From: a bacterium
GTDB lineage: Bacteria > Blakebacterota > Blakebacteria > Blakebacterales > Blakebacteraceae
Length of the DNA: 51,497 nt
Direction of reading: 5' to 3'
Assembly (NCBI GenBank): GCA_025774615.1
Contig: JALGVQ010000004.1
Span: 1 to 51,497, forward strand
Shown: positions 1 through 11,400 of the stretch, piece after piece
Layout of the letters: the number at the start of each line of letters is the position of its first letter
Numbering within the stretch: the stretch's first letter is position 1
Made by a program: the position numbers and the translations under genes
The notes under the pieces: model-generated
What the model was told of the DNA's origin: nothing
The model's input: the letters and a program-made list of their open reading frames with translations, nothing else
Database searches by the model: none

Positions 1-348
1 TCAGGCCGTTACCATACCGTGATCACCGGTGTGGCGGTCGTCGGACCGGGGGAAGAGGAGATCTCAGTTGATGCGGAACAGACTCAGGTAGTGATGATCC
101 CGTTCAGCAGGCAGGAAGCGGAACGCTACGTCGCCTCTGGAGAGCCGATGGACAAGGCGGGTGCCTATGGCATCCAGGTTCGCGGAGCACTGCTGGTGGA
201 ACGCATCGAGGGGTGTTACTTTAACGTCGTCGGGCTTCCCCTCAATCTGCTCAGAATGATGCTGGAGAAGCACGGTGTAGTGACGGGAGAGTGGTTGGGG
301 CCCGAACCGGGGCAGGGACCTTCTGACAACGGCAGGAACGATGAGTAA
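1..348 (+). CDS. maf: Maf-like septum formation / nucleotide pyrophosphatase protein, C-terminal part (5' end outside window)
   Basis: Frame 1 is open from base 1. The translation carries the Maf family C-terminal signature (GEPMDKAGAYGIQ ... NVVGLPL). Stop at 346..348. Confidence 0.8.
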   Translation, partial: SGRYHTVITGVAVVGPGEEEISVDAEQTQVVMIPFSRQEAERYVASGEPMDKAGAYGIQVRGALLVERIEGCYFNVVGLPLNLLRMMLEKHGVVTGEWLGPEPGQGPSDNGRNDE

Positions 349-1255
349 CGGCTCGGACGGACATTACGGTGCGTGGATCCGAAGCAGGCGCCAGGACCGG
401 GGGCAGTCGATAGAGGAGGCATCAACTGCCACCAATATCGACGGTCACTATCTGCGCGCTCTCGAGGCGGGCAATATCGCACTCCTTCCAGAGCCGTACA
501 TGCGGGCATTCCTGAAAACCTACTCCACCTGGCTCGGCCTCGACCCGTCAGAGGTCCTCATACGTTTTGAGGCCTTCCTCCATGAAGAATCTGAGAGTCT
601 CGACGTTCTGCGTACCACCATCCGGGAGCGGGAAGGGCGCAAGCCTCAACCGGTGAAGGAACGGGGAAGACGGAAACCTGAGCCGGCGACTCCTCTGCCG
701 TGGCGGTCATTCATGGTGCCCGTCGCGATCATCGCGTTCACTATTATTCTCATCGTCGTCATCAAGCCTGGCCGGGAGACATCCGATCCGGTCGGGACCG
801 GGCAGATTGAAGAGGTCGCCGAGTCAACAGGCGGGATGACGGCCGAAGGCCGCGCTGCTCCGGAGGAGGAGAGAAGAGAGCCGGAACGTCCCGCACCCGC
901 GCAGCAGGCACAGACACAGTCCGAGCCGGGACCGGGTGAGGGGGATCTCCAGGAGTTCATCGCCGATGCGCTCGAAGATACCTGGATGCAGGTGATCGCC
1001 GATGGCGATACGGTCGTCACACGGGTAGTCAACGAGGGGAGGCAGGTGAGTGTGACCTTTCAGGATACCCTCCGGGTGAGAGTCGGAAAGAACCGGGGTA
1101 TGCGTCTCTATTTCAATCAGGAGGAGCTCACCGACCTCGGACCGGACGGGATGATACTCTCATTCATACTGACACCTGCAGGGATGCAGCAGCGGCGGCT
1201 GACGTACCCGCCCGACCAGATACCCGATTACCTGAATATACCGCCGGGATCGTGA
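341..1255 (+). CDS. RodZ-like helix-turn-helix cytoskeleton-associated protein (HTH, single TM segment, DUF4115-like C-terminus)
   Basis: N-terminal Xre-type HTH (WIRSRRQDRGQSIEEASTATNIDGHYLRALEAGN). Central hydrophobic helix (VPVAIIAFTIILIVVI) followed by an acidic/Pro-rich linker. The C-terminal beta-rich block resembles DUF4115. ATG overlaps the maf stop. Confidence 0.65.
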   Translation: MSNGSDGHYGAWIRSRRQDRGQSIEEASTATNIDGHYLRALEAGNIALLPEPYMRAFLKTYSTWLGLDPSEVLIRFEAFLHEESESLDVLRTTIREREGRKPQPVKERGRRKPEPATPLPWRSFMVPVAIIAFTIILIVVIKPGRETSDPVGTGQIEEVAESTGGMTAEGRAAPEEERREPERPAPAQQAQTQSEPGPGEGDLQEFIADALEDTWMQVIADGDTVVTRVVNEGRQVSVTFQDTLRVRVGKNRGMRLYFNQEELTDLGPDGMILSFILTPAGMQQRRLTYPPDQIPDYLNIPPGS

Positions 1256-3282
1256 CCGGAATCTCCGTTCAGGTCGCTCTCCCTCTCCCTCTGCAACAGA
1301 CCTTCACCTACTCCATACCGGACCTGCTCAGAGATGAGATCGAGCCGGGGTCCTCACTGCTTGTTCCGTTCAGGGGCAGGGAGATGACCGGGTTCGCCGT
1401 CGAGGTGAACACCGGCAAGGTTGATGGAGCTCCCGGGAAGCTGCGCGACGTGATCGAAGTGGTGGATCGGGGACCGCTCTTTCCCGGCGACCTCTTTGCG
1501 GTGACCCGCTGGATGGCGGAGTACTACCAGTGCGGTTGGGGAGAGGTGCTGGCCGCCGCGGTGCCGGAAAAGGGTGCCCGCAGGCGGAAGCGTGACCTGG
1601 ATGTGGAGGGTGTTCCGATACCCGATGAACTCCAGGCTGCTGAAGAATATCCATCTGTTACTCTGACAGGCCAGCAGGAGGAGATACTGGCACCTCTTCT
1701 CTCAGCTCTAGATGAGCAAACCTGGCTGACAGCGGTTCTGCATGGCGTCACGGCCAGCGGCAAGACTGCCGTTTATGAACAACTGGTCGCCAGGGCTCTC
1801 GAACACGACCGGAGCGCGATCGTGCTGGTACCGGAGATCTCGATCACTCCGCAGATTGTATCTCTGTTCCGCTCACGTTTCGGGGATCAGGTGGCGCTCT
1901 TTCACAGCCGGTTGAAGCCGAGAGATCGGTATGTCCAGTGGCGGCGGGTGTTGTCCGGAGAAGCGAGGGTGGTGATCGGGCCGCGCTCAGCGGTCCTGGC
2001 TCCTGTAAGGGATCTCGGTGTCATCGTGGTGGATGAGGAGCATGAGCCATCGTACAAACAGGCAGAACCCGCTCCCCGGTACCATGCCCGGGATGTCGCG
2101 GTGATGCGTGCCCGCGAGGCCGGTGCTCTCTGTGTGCTCGGTTCGGCCACGCCGAGCGCGGAGTCATACCATAACGCGCTGGAGGGGAAATACCTGCTCC
2201 TTGAAATGCCGGACCGGGTTGGATCGAGACCGCAGCCCACGATTGAACTCATCGACATGGCCTCTGAGCAGCATGAGCGGAGGTACGAGGGGACCGTGAT
2301 ATTCAGCCGCAGACTCGAGGCGGCAATCGAAGAACGGCTCGGCAGGGGGGAGCAGACGATACTCTTTCTCAACCGAAGAGGGTTCAGCCCCGCGATCACC
2401 TGCAAGGATTGTGGGGAGGCAGAGGAATGCCTGAACTGCAGTGTGGCGATGACCTACCACAGCCGGGAGGGAGCGCTGATCTGCCACTACTGCGGTGAGA
2501 GAAAGCCTCCACCACTGATCTGCCCCTCATGCGGCAGTGAGCACCTCAGCCACCAGGGGCTGGGCACCCAGCGGGTGGAATCGGCACTGCTGAAGAGGTT
2601 TCCTGATGCCCGCGTTCTGAGGATGGATTCCGATACAACGCGGAAGCGCGGCAGTCATGGCGATCTTTACCGTCAGTTCGCTTCCGGGGAAGGCAATATC
2701 CTGCTCGGCACCCAGATGGTTGCAAAGGGCTTTCACTTCCCGGGAGTCACGCTCGTCGGTGTCATCTCGGCCGACGCAGAACTCCATTTTCCCGATTTCC
2801 GGGCCAATGAGAGGACCTTCCAGCTGATCATGCAGGTCGCCGGACGTGCCGGACGGGGGGATGAGCCCGGTGAAGTGGTCGTGCAGTCGTATGCATGTGA
2901 CAATCCGGGTATCCGCCATGCGGCAACCGATGATTATCGCGGGTTCATGACTTCAGAGATCTCCTCCCGCAGGACACTGGGATATCCGCCATACGGCCGC
3001 ATGATCAGGATCCTTCTGAAAGGGCGTGAGGAGGCTGCGGTTCTGAAGACCGGCAGGGACGTAGTGCGAAGGTTGAGCGCAGTGGTCCCGGAGAGTGTGT
3101 CCGTGCTCGGACCCGCGCCTGCTCCTCTCTACCGGTTGAACCGGTGGTACCGGGTACATTTCTTCCTCCGGGGACCCTCAGCCCTGACCTTGCGCAAGTG
3201 CGTGGAGAGCTCCGGGATCGATGCGTTGAGCAGGAAAAATGTTCATATTGCGGTTGATGTCGATCCGGTAGACATGCTTTGA
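1252..3282 (+). CDS. priA: Primosomal protein N' (replication restart helicase PriA)
   Basis: Walker A GVTASGKT, DEEH box (VVDEEHE) and the Cys-rich zinc-binding insertion (CKDCGEAEECLNCS...CHYCG...CPSCGS) typical of PriA. GTGA overlap with the upstream gene. Confidence 0.9.
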   Translation: MTGISVQVALPLPLQQTFTYSIPDLLRDEIEPGSSLLVPFRGREMTGFAVEVNTGKVDGAPGKLRDVIEVVDRGPLFPGDLFAVTRWMAEYYQCGWGEVLAAAVPEKGARRRKRDLDVEGVPIPDELQAAEEYPSVTLTGQQEEILAPLLSALDEQTWLTAVLHGVTASGKTAVYEQLVARALEHDRSAIVLVPEISITPQIVSLFRSRFGDQVALFHSRLKPRDRYVQWRRVLSGEARVVIGPRSAVLAPVRDLGVIVVDEEHEPSYKQAEPAPRYHARDVAVMRAREAGALCVLGSATPSAESYHNALEGKYLLLEMPDRVGSRPQPTIELIDMASEQHERRYEGTVIFSRRLEAAIEERLGRGEQTILFLNRRGFSPAITCKDCGEAEECLNCSVAMTYHSREGALICHYCGERKPPPLICPSCGSEHLSHQGLGTQRVESALLKRFPDARVLRMDSDTTRKRGSHGDLYRQFASGEGNILLGTQMVAKGFHFPGVTLVGVISADAELHFPDFRANERTFQLIMQVAGRAGRGDEPGEVVVQSYACDNPGIRHAATDDYRGFMTSEISSRRTLGYPPYGRMIRILLKGREEAAVLKTGRDVVRRLSAVVPESVSVLGPAPAPLYRLNRWYRVHFFLRGPSALTLRKCVESSGIDALSRKNVHIAVDVDPVDML

Positions 3283-3317
3283 AGAAGCGGGAGGAAATCG
3301 CTGGTGTATGAAACATC

Positions 3318-3346
3318 TTGACAGCGACAGGTTGATTTCCATTCTT
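3318..3346 (+). promoter_or_regulatory. Possible sigma70-type promoter for rho (perfect -35, poor -10)
   Basis: TTGACA at 3318..3323, then a 17-nt spacer and ATTCTT at 3341..3346. The -10 matches TATAAT poorly, so the call is weak. Confidence 0.2.
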
Positions 3347-3566
3347 TTTTCATTCTGATGGGAAGCAATGGGTGATGGATCACCTGGTAGCTCTCCCACG
3401 CCGAAAAGAAATCCCAGGCACTCTTTCCAAGGTTCGATAATCGGCACCCTTTACACGCGCGCCTTCGCACGTCCCCGGGCAAACTTCTATTGAAGGACCC
3501 AGCGACTGTGCGCAACACCCCTCCGGAAGGCAGAGCCTTCACAGGACAGGTTAAGAGGTTCACAGA

Positions 3567-4814
3567 ATGGACATAGCAGATCTCAAAGCGATGAGCATCG
3601 CTGACTTGACTGAACTGGCCTCCTCACTCGATATGGAGAGTTTCTCAGGATTGAGAAAGCAGGATCTGATATTCAGGATCCTCGAGACCCAGACAGAGAA
3701 GAACGGCAACATTTTCGGAGTCGGCGTATTGGAGATCCTCCCCGACGGGTACGGATTTCTTCGTTCCTCCGCATACAACTACCTCCCCGGACCCGACGAT
3801 ATATATGTCTCTCCCAGTCAGATCAAGCGGTTCAGCCTGCTGACCGGTGACACCGTCTCCGGGCAGGTCCGCCCCCCGAAGGAGAGTGAACGCTTTTTCG
3901 CACTTCTCCGGGTTGAGATGGTCAACGACTCTCCACCTGAAGATCTGAAGCACCGGACGCTCTTCGACAACCTGACGCCTCTGTATCCTGAAGAGAGATT
4001 CGGCCTGGAGAACGAGGCGGGCACACTCTCCATGCGGATCATGGATCTGTTGACGCCCATCGGTAAGGGGCAGAGGGGGCTGATCACCTCTCCGCCACGG
4101 GCGGGGAAGACGGTACTACTCCAGTTGATAGCGAACTCCATCGTGGAGAATCATCCTGACGCCGTCATGATCATCCTGCTCATCGATGAGCGCCCCGAGG
4201 AAGTCACAGACATGGAGCGTTCGGTGAAGGCAGAAGTGATCAGCAGTACCTTCGACGAGCCTGCCGAGCGACACGTGGTGATCGCCGATATGGTGCTTGA
4301 GAAGGCGAAGCGGATGGTTGAACACGGCAAGGATGTCGTGATCCTGCTCGATTCGATCACCAGGCTGGCTCGCGCTCACAATACCGTGGTCCCTCACTCC
4401 GGCAAGATCCTGAGTGGTGGTGTCGACGCGAACGCTCTCCAGCGGCCGAAGCGGTTCTTCGGAGCTGCCAGGAACATCGAGTTCGGAGGGAGTCTCACGA
4501 TCATCGGAACTGCCCTGATCGAGACCGGATCACGCATGGATGAAGTGATCTTCGAGGAGTTCAAGGGCACCGGCAACATGGAGCTGGTTCTCGACCGGCG
4601 CCTTTCCGATCGACGCATCTGGCCCGCCATCGATATAAACCGTTCCGGAACGCGGAAAGAAGAATTATTGTTGTCGGAGAAGGAGTTGAGCCGCATATGG
4701 ATACTGCGGAAGTTCCTGAACGAGATGAATCCGGTGGAGGGGATGGATTTCCTCTGTGAGAAGATGTCACACACCAAAACGAACGATGATTTCCTCGACA
4801 CGATGAATCAGTAG
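3567..4814 (+). CDS. rho: Transcription termination factor Rho
   Basis: N-terminal Rho domain ([18 protein letters not shown]...), an RNA-binding cold-shock-like domain ([14 protein letters not shown]) and the ATPase Walker A PPRAGKT. The 415-aa length is canonical. Confidence 0.95.
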   Translation: MDIADLKAMSIADLTELASSLDMESFSGLRKQDLIFRILETQTEKNGNIFGVGVLEILPDGYGFLRSSAYNYLPGPDDIYVSPSQIKRFSLLTGDTVSGQVRPPKESERFFALLRVEMVNDSPPEDLKHRTLFDNLTPLYPEERFGLENEAGTLSMRIMDLLTPIGKGQRGLITSPPRAGKTVLLQLIANSIVENHPDAVMIILLIDERPEEVTDMERSVKAEVISSTFDEPAERHVVIADMVLEKAKRMVEHGKDVVILLDSITRLARAHNTVVPHSGKILSGGVDANALQRPKRFFGAARNIEFGGSLTIIGTALIETGSRMDEVIFEEFKGTGNMELVLDRRLSDRRIWPAIDINRSGTRKEELLLSEKELSRIWILRKFLNEMNPVEGMDFLCEKMSHTKTNDDFLDTMNQ

Positions 4815-4873
4815 GAACCTTCTACCGAATACGGCGTCGAGACCATACATTGAGCAGCAAGAGGCATGATCAG

Positions 4874-5122
4874 ATGAAATCAGACATACACCCGAAATAT
4901 CACGAGATAACCGTAACATGCGTTTGCGGTCATTCTTTCAAGACCCGGTCGACTTCCGAGAAGATTGATCTGGAGATCTGTTCGGAATGTCATCCGTTCT
5001 ATACCGGTAAGCAGAAGCTTGTCGACACAGCAGGTCGTGTCGAGCGGTTCCGCAAACGGTATGCCCTGTCTGAGGAGATGAGCGGGAAGGCTGCGAAAAA
5101 GGAAACCAAATCTGACGATTGA
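4874..5122 (+). CDS. rpmE: 50S ribosomal protein L31 (Zn-ribbon type A)
   Basis: [12 protein letters not shown]... with a CxC...CxxC cysteine set ([17 protein letters not shown]). The track ORF starts at TTG 4850, but ATG 4874 gives the canonical N-terminus. Confidence 0.9.
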   Translation: MKSDIHPKYHEITVTCVCGHSFKTRSTSEKIDLEICSECHPFYTGKQKLVDTAGRVERFRKRYALSEEMSGKAAKKETKSDD

Positions 5123-5146
5123 AGCCCGCCGCCGGGCTGGAATTCC

Positions 5147-5188
5147 GGGTGATGGGTTGCTGGCTACGGCGGCCCATCACCCTTTTTT
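5147..5188 (+). terminator. Rho-independent terminator after rpmE
   Basis: A 10-bp perfect stem, GGGTGATGGG (5147..5156) with CCCATCACCC (5173..5182), is followed by TTTTTT (5183..5188). A second small hairpin, AGCCCG-CCGC-CGGGCT, lies at 5123..5138. Confidence 0.75.
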
Positions 5189-5204
5189 ATGGGAGTTGTG
5201 AGCG

Positions 5205-6281
5205 ATGGCATTCGAAAAACTGGCAGATGCGGAGGCGAGGCTGGAGGAACTGTATATCCTGCTTGCCGATCCCGCTGTCATCGCCGATACCGACCGGATC
5301 AGGGAACTGGGACGGGAACATCGGACCCTGGAGGAGATTGTCAGGGTCTGGAGGGACCTTGACGCGGTTCGGAGCGGGGTGGATGAAGCCCGGGAGATCA
5401 TCAGGGAGAACGTCGATGAAGATCTGCTTGAGCTGGCCCGCAGCGAGTCCGCAGAAGGTGAGATCAGGCTTGATGAGCTCGAGAAGGAGCTTCGGACACT
5501 TCTGATCCCCCGTGATCCTGACGATTCGAGGAATACGATCGTCGAGATACGCGCAGGCACCGGTGGAGAAGAAGCCGGACTTTTCGGGGCCGATCTGTTC
5601 CGCATGTACTCCCACTACGCGGAGAAGCAGGGCTGGAAGGTCGAGATCATGAGCGGTACGCCCTCGGAACTGGGCGGATACAAGGAGATCATCTTCCTGG
5701 TCTCTGGTGAGGACGTATACGGGAAGCTGCGGTATGAGAGTGGCGTACACCGGGTACAGAGGGTTCCGACCACCGAGACCCAGGGCAGGATCCATACCTC
5801 TGCCGCTTCGGTCGTCATTCTGCTTGAGGCGAAGGAAGTGGAGGTGGCTCTTGACCCTGAGGATCTTCGTATCGATGTGTACCGGTCATCGGGACCGGGG
5901 GGGCAGAGCGTGAACACGACCGATTCCGCTGTCCGCGTGACACACGTGCCGACCGGCCTGGTGGTGAGCTGCCAGGATGAGAAGAGTCAGCACAAGAACA
6001 AGGCGAAAGCGCTGAAGATACTGAGGTCGCGTCTCCTCGAACTCCGCCGGAAGGAACAGGCGGACAGTGAAGCGGTCAAGAGGCGGAACATGGTGGCCGG
6101 AGGGGACCGGTCGGCCAAGATACGGACGTACAATTTTCCGCAAAATCGCGTGACCGACCACCGGATAAAACTGACATTGCATTCCCTGCACGAGATACTC
6201 GATGGCGATCTCGATGAGATGATCGAGGCTGTGAGACTGGCTGCGGGCACCGTCAATCCGGCTGTGCCGGGGAAGGGGTGA
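5205..6281 (+). CDS. prfA: Peptide chain release factor 1
   Basis: GGQ motif ([12 protein letters not shown]) and an RF1-type tripeptide region ([14 protein letters not shown]). Confidence 0.95.
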   Translation: MAFEKLADAEARLEELYILLADPAVIADTDRIRELGREHRTLEEIVRVWRDLDAVRSGVDEAREIIRENVDEDLLELARSESAEGEIRLDELEKELRTLLIPRDPDDSRNTIVEIRAGTGGEEAGLFGADLFRMYSHYAEKQGWKVEIMSGTPSELGGYKEIIFLVSGEDVYGKLRYESGVHRVQRVPTTETQGRIHTSAASVVILLEAKEVEVALDPEDLRIDVYRSSGPGGQSVNTTDSAVRVTHVPTGLVVSCQDEKSQHKNKAKALKILRSRLLELRRKEQADSEAVKRRNMVAGGDRSAKIRTYNFPQNRVTDHRIKLTLHSLHEILDGDLDEMIEAVRLAAGTVNPAVPGKG

Positions 6282-7168
6282 GGAGCGTGTCAGCCGTTGT
6301 ATCGACTGGACTGAGATCTCTTCTCGAAAAGATATCGGAACGGCTGGCAGAAGCCGGGATCGAGGCGCCTGGCATCGAGGCCGAAGGGCTCCTCTCCGCG
6401 GTACTCGGAGAGGTTCCGCGCCACATGCTCTATCTGGAGGAGCGGGAGATAACAGCTGATGAGGTCGAACTCCTTGAGAGCAACATATCCCGCAGGCTCG
6501 AGGGAGAACCACTGCAGTACATCACTGGTGAAGCCGCGTTCAGACTCCTTACCCTCAAGATCGACCGCAGAGCGTTGATTCCCCGGCCTGAGACTGAGGG
6601 ACTTGTCGAGGTTGCGCTCAGGCTCATGGGATCGAACAGGCAGGCGCTGGCACTCGATGCCGGAACAGGGAGCGGCGCCATAGCGCTCTCGCTGGCGGTG
6701 GAGTGCCCTCAGTGGGGTATTCTGGCCGCGGATATCAGCCCGGCGGCACTGGAACTTGCCCGCGAGAATGCAGACAAGTACGACCTGGGACAGATCCAGT
6801 GGCTGGAAGCGGATATCACCAGGCTCGACTTCTGGCACCATCTGCCTCCACTCGATCTTGTCGTAAGCAACCCCCCCTATGTAACAGAAGAAGAGTGGGA
6901 TGAACTGCCGCGCGAGATTTGCGGTTATGAGCCGAAAGGGGCGCTTGTCGCTGGCCCCCGGGGTCTCGATGTGATTTCAGCGCTGCTTGAAGGGGCCTCG
7001 ATGCGTGTCAAGCCGGGTGGGCTCATCGTTGTCGAGATCGGCGAGACACAGGGCGAGGCAGTGACAGAACTGGCACGGATGAACGGACTGTTCGACGCGC
7101 GGATTGCACCCGACCTCTCTGCCCGTCCCCGGTATCTGATAGCGCTACAGAAGAGGAGTGACAGCTGA
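6278..7168 (+). CDS. prmC: Release factor glutamine N5-methyltransferase (PrmC/HemK)
   Basis: SAM-binding DAGTGSGAI and the catalytic NPPY motif (VVSNPPYV). Sits immediately downstream of prfA with a GTGA overlap. Confidence 0.9.
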   Translation: MRSVSAVVSTGLRSLLEKISERLAEAGIEAPGIEAEGLLSAVLGEVPRHMLYLEEREITADEVELLESNISRRLEGEPLQYITGEAAFRLLTLKIDRRALIPRPETEGLVEVALRLMGSNRQALALDAGTGSGAIALSLAVECPQWGILAADISPAALELARENADKYDLGQIQWLEADITRLDFWHHLPPLDLVVSNPPYVTEEEWDELPREICGYEPKGALVAGPRGLDVISALLEGASMRVKPGGLIVVEIGETQGEAVTELARMNGLFDARIAPDLSARPRYLIALQKRSDS

Positions 7169-8427
7169 TGGATGAGTTCCACATCCGGGGTGGAATCAGG
7201 CTCGAAGGCGAGGTTCAGGTCGGGGGGGCGAAGAACGCCGCTCTGCCGATCCTGATCGCGGCTCTCCTGGTCGAGGATGGGGAGAGTGTCATCAGGAACG
7301 TGCCCGACCTCAGGGACATCCATACCTGTCTCAAGGTACTGGGACATCTGGGTGTGGAGAGTGAGTTCGATCGTGAGCAGTCGACCATTCGTCTCGATGC
7401 GTCGGGTCTGACAGGTGTTGAAGCGCCGTATGAACTGATGCAGCAGATGAGAGCGTCTTTCCTCGTCATGGGGCCGTTGCTGGCCCGCATGGGTAAGGCC
7501 AGGATAAGCCTTCCCGGGGGATGCGCCATCGGTCCACGGCCCGTGGATCAGCATCGGAAGGCCTTCAAGGCGATGGGCGCCAGCTTCGAGGATGAGGGCG
7601 GTTACATGGCTGGTACGGCTGATCCGCTCCACGGGGCGACCATCTTCTTCGACCGGCCCAGCCACACCGGTACCGAGAACGTGATCATGGGCGCGGTGCT
7701 CGCCGAGGGGACGACCACCATCGTCAACGCCGCCTGCGATCCGGAGGTGACTGATCTGGCACAGATGCTGAGAGCCGCCGGCGCGATCATCGAAGGGGAG
7801 GGGAGCACGAACATAACGATCGAAGGGGTGGAGTCACTGCGACCGTTCGATCACGCGGTGATGGCCGACCGGCTGGAGGCGGCCACGTTTCTGATCGCGG
7901 GTGCCATCACAGGCGGACAGGTCACGGTCAGGGGCGTCCGGGCTGAGGATCTTCGCATCGTGCTGGCAAAACTCGAAGAGATGGGTGTTGAGATCACGAC
8001 CACCGAAGAGAGCATCACGGCGAGCCTGGACGGCAGACCGAAGCCCACCCTCATCACGACGTATCCATTCCCCGGTTTCCCGACCGATCTGCAGGCCGCG
8101 ATCATGGCCCTGACGAGTGTCGCGGATGGCACGAGTGTGATACGGGAGACGGTCTTCGAGGACCGGTTCCTCCATGTCGCCGAACTGGCCCGTCTTGGCG
8201 CCGAGATACGCACCGTGGGTGATGAAGCCACGATCATCGGTGTGGAGAACCTGTCGGGCGCATCGGTGATGGCAAGCGATATCCGGGCCGGCGCCGGTCT
8301 GGTACTGGCCTGTCTCGCGGCAGAAGGAGATGCGGTCATCACGAGGGTCTACCACATCGACAGGGGGTATGAGCACATCGAGGACCGCCTGAGTTCTCTC
8401 GGAGCCAGGATAGAGCGGAAGGTATAA
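7168..8427 (+). CDS. murA: UDP-N-acetylglucosamine 1-carboxyvinyltransferase
   Basis: Full-length EPSP-synthase-fold protein with the MurA active-site Cys loop (LPGGCAIGPRPVDQH) and the N-terminus GGAKNAALPI. Confidence 0.95.
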   Translation: MDEFHIRGGIRLEGEVQVGGAKNAALPILIAALLVEDGESVIRNVPDLRDIHTCLKVLGHLGVESEFDREQSTIRLDASGLTGVEAPYELMQQMRASFLVMGPLLARMGKARISLPGGCAIGPRPVDQHRKAFKAMGASFEDEGGYMAGTADPLHGATIFFDRPSHTGTENVIMGAVLAEGTTTIVNAACDPEVTDLAQMLRAAGAIIEGEGSTNITIEGVESLRPFDHAVMADRLEAATFLIAGAITGGQVTVRGVRAEDLRIVLAKLEEMGVEITTTEESITASLDGRPKPTLITTYPFPGFPTDLQAAIMALTSVADGTSVIRETVFEDRFLHVAELARLGAEIRTVGDEATIIGVENLSGASVMASDIRAGAGLVLACLAAEGDAVITRVYHIDRGYEHIEDRLSSLGARIERKV

Positions 8428-8434
8428 CAGTCAG

Positions 8435-11400
8435 GTGAGCACACCCCCCTTCGTCCATCTGCATGTCCACAGCCAGTATTCCCTGCTCGATGGCGCATGC
8501 AGGACAGAGGAGATGATCGCCGAGGCCGACAGGCTGGGGATGGAAGCGCTGGCACTGACCGATCATGGCGTACTCTTCGGTGCGATAGAATTCTACAAGA
8601 ACGCGATGAAGACGGATGTCAAACCGATCATCGGTTGTGAAGTATACGTAGCGCCTGGTGATCGGCGGGACAAGCGAGTCCAGCAGGGAGAAAAGTCATC
8701 CCACCTCATCCTTCTGGCCCGGGACCAGGTCGGGTACCAGAACCTGATGTACCTCTCCAGCATGGGATTTCTCGAAGGATTCTACTATCGCCCCCGCGTC
8801 GACAAGGCGCTGCTGCGGGAACGGAGTGAGGGCCTGATCGCCTGCTCCTCCTGTCTGCAGGGGGAAGTGTCGATGCTCAACGTGCAGGGCAGGCCGAAGG
8901 ATGCGAAGAGGGCGGCACTGGAGTATCAGGAGATATTCGGTGAGGGGAATTTCTTCCTCGAGATACAGAACCACGACATCGAGGATGAGAAGCGGAACAT
9001 CGACGCCATGATCTCCCTTTCGAGGGAGCTGGATATCCCCCTCGTGGCGACGAACGATGTCCATTTCATGAAGCCTGAGCACGCGGAGAGCCATGAGGTG
9101 CTCCTCTGTGTGCAGACGGGAAAGACTCTGCTCGATCCCGACCGGATGCACTCGAATCCCCAACTCTTCTTCAGGACACAGGAGGAGATGGCGAATCTCT
9201 TCGCGGGGCTGCCTGAGTCGCTGGAAAACACCTCCGCGATCGCGAAGAAGTGCAATCTCCTGCTCGAATTCGGAGAGATGCATCTTCCCCGCTACCCGCT
9301 GCCGCACGGCTTCAAGACCCTCCCCGAGTTCCTGCGCCATTCCACCTATGAGGGCGCGCGAAAGCGTTACTCCGAGATAGACGAGACGGTCGAGGAGCGC
9401 CTGGAGTATGAACTGAAGACCATCGAGCAGATGGGCTTTCCCGGATATTTCCTTGTGGTGGCTGATTTCACCCGGCAGGCAAGAACCATGGGGATTCCGG
9501 TCGGACCGGGACGCGGCTCCGCGGCGGGAAGCCTGGTCTCCTACTGCCTCGGTATCACGGATATCGATCCGCTGGCCTACGACCTGCTCTTTGAACGGTT
9601 CCTCAACCCCGAGCGGGTCAGCATGCCTGATATCGACATCGACTTCTGCTATGAGCGGCGGAGCGAGATCATCCGCTATGTGGTGGAGAAGTACGGGGAA
9701 GAAAGTGTAGCCCAGATCATCACATTCGGAACCATGGCCGCGCGCGCAGCTGTCCGGGACGTCGGGCGCGTGATGGGCCTGCCCTACAGTGAAGTCGACC
9801 GACTGGCCAAGCTGGTCCCGGAGGAGATCGGCATAAAACTCCAGGACGCGATATCCCGTGAATCGGCTCTGCAGGACGCCATCGCTTCGGACGATCAATG
9901 CAAGAGGCTGTTCGAACACGCCCGGGTGCTGGAAGGTCTGGCCAGGCATGCTTCCACACATGCCGCCGGAGTTGTCATTGCTCCGGGTGCTCTGACCGAC
10001 TATGTGCCGCTCTACAAGGGTTCGAAGGGGGAGATTACCACCCAGTACAACATGAACCGCGTCGAGGATGTCGGACTGCTGAAGGTGGATTTCCTCGGAT
10101 TGCGAACGCTGACGGTCCTCCATGACGCCACAGAGCTGATCAAACAGCACCACGATGTCACGATAATTCTGAGTGACATCGATCTCGAGGACACGACGAC
10201 CTTCGATCTCTTCAGCCGCGGTGAGACGATCGGCATCTTTCAGTTCGAATCAAGCGGTATGCGTGATTACCTGAGGAAACTCAGGCCTGGTTGTCTTGAG
10301 GACCTGATCGCCATGAACGCTCTCTACCGCCCGGGTCCTCTCGGGGCGAACATGGTGGATGACTTCATCGACCGGAAGAATGGTAAAAAGCGTATCCAGT
10401 ATGACCACCCGCTTCTCGAACCGATCCTGAAGTCCACCTATGGGATCATCGTCTACCAGGAACAGGTCATGCGGATCGCCTCCGAACTTGCCGGATTCAC
10501 TCTCGGCGAGGCTGATCTTCTCCGGCGGGCGATGGGGAAGAAGAAGGCCGAAGTCATGGAGGAGCAGAGGGAGCTTTTCCTGAGCGGAGCCCAGAAGCGG
10601 GGAGTCGAGAGAAAGATCGCTGAAGATGTCTTTGAGCAGATCGCCTATTTCGCCGGGTATGGCTTCAACCGCAGCCATTCGGCCGGATATGCCATCATCG
10701 CCTGGCAGACGGGATATCTGAAGGCACACTACCCGGCCCATTTCATGGCAGCTTCTCTGTCGAGTGAAATGAGCAACTCCGACCGCATCGTGATCCTGAT
10801 CGAAGAATGCAGGCGACTCGGGATCACGGTAGCCCCACCTGATCTTAATGAATCAAATGAGAAATTCACAGTAACTGGCGTCCAAACAATAAGATTCGGA
10901 CTTGGCGCGGTGAAGAATGTCGGGCATTCGGCCATCGAGGCGATCTTGCTGGCGCGCAGTGAACATGGTGAGTTCAGGACGTTCAGGGATTTCCTGGAGC
11001 ACACCGACCTGAAGAGCGTCAACCGCAGAGTCGTGGAGAGCCTTATCTCAGCAGGAGCGTGTGATGGACTGGGTGGCCATCGGGCACAGCTCCTGGTGGC
11101 AGCAGGCAGGGAGCTGGAAGGCGCCCAGAAACGGCAGGCCGACAGGGATCGCGGACAGGTGAGTCTCTTTGAACAGGGGCCTGATGATCACGACTTCATT
11201 TCGCTGAACGCAGCACTGCCCGATGTGACGGAATGGGCCGTGCATGAGCAGCTCTCCCGGGAGAAAGACGCGCTCGGTTTCTATGTCTCCGGTCACCCCA
11301 TGGAACGATTCCGCGACGAGGTGAACTCCTTTACCAGCGGTGGGCTCGGGGAACTGGCAGAGAGAGTGGATGGCAAACCGATTATCGTGGCCGGTGTCAT

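Noticed and set aside
3425-3450. A tRNA-like GGTTCGA string in the rho leader.
   Set aside because: The flanks do not form a T-arm (no 5-bp stem around a 7-nt loop), and no acceptor or anticodon arms can be drawn. I found no tRNA or rRNA anywhere in the window.
8696-10153. Long antisense ORFs inside well-supported genes. The 485-aa ORF opposite dnaE is the longest. Others are 13660..14697 opposite glnA, 16134..17366 opposite glnD, 18859..19815 opposite glnE, 25328..26068 opposite mreC/mreD, 33159..34127 opposite the UDG gene and 28528..29223 opposite rodA.
   Set aside because: In GC-rich DNA the strand opposite a real gene is often stop-free. These translations are Arg/Pro/Gly/His-rich, lack any recognisable motif, and fully overlap genes with strong family signatures.
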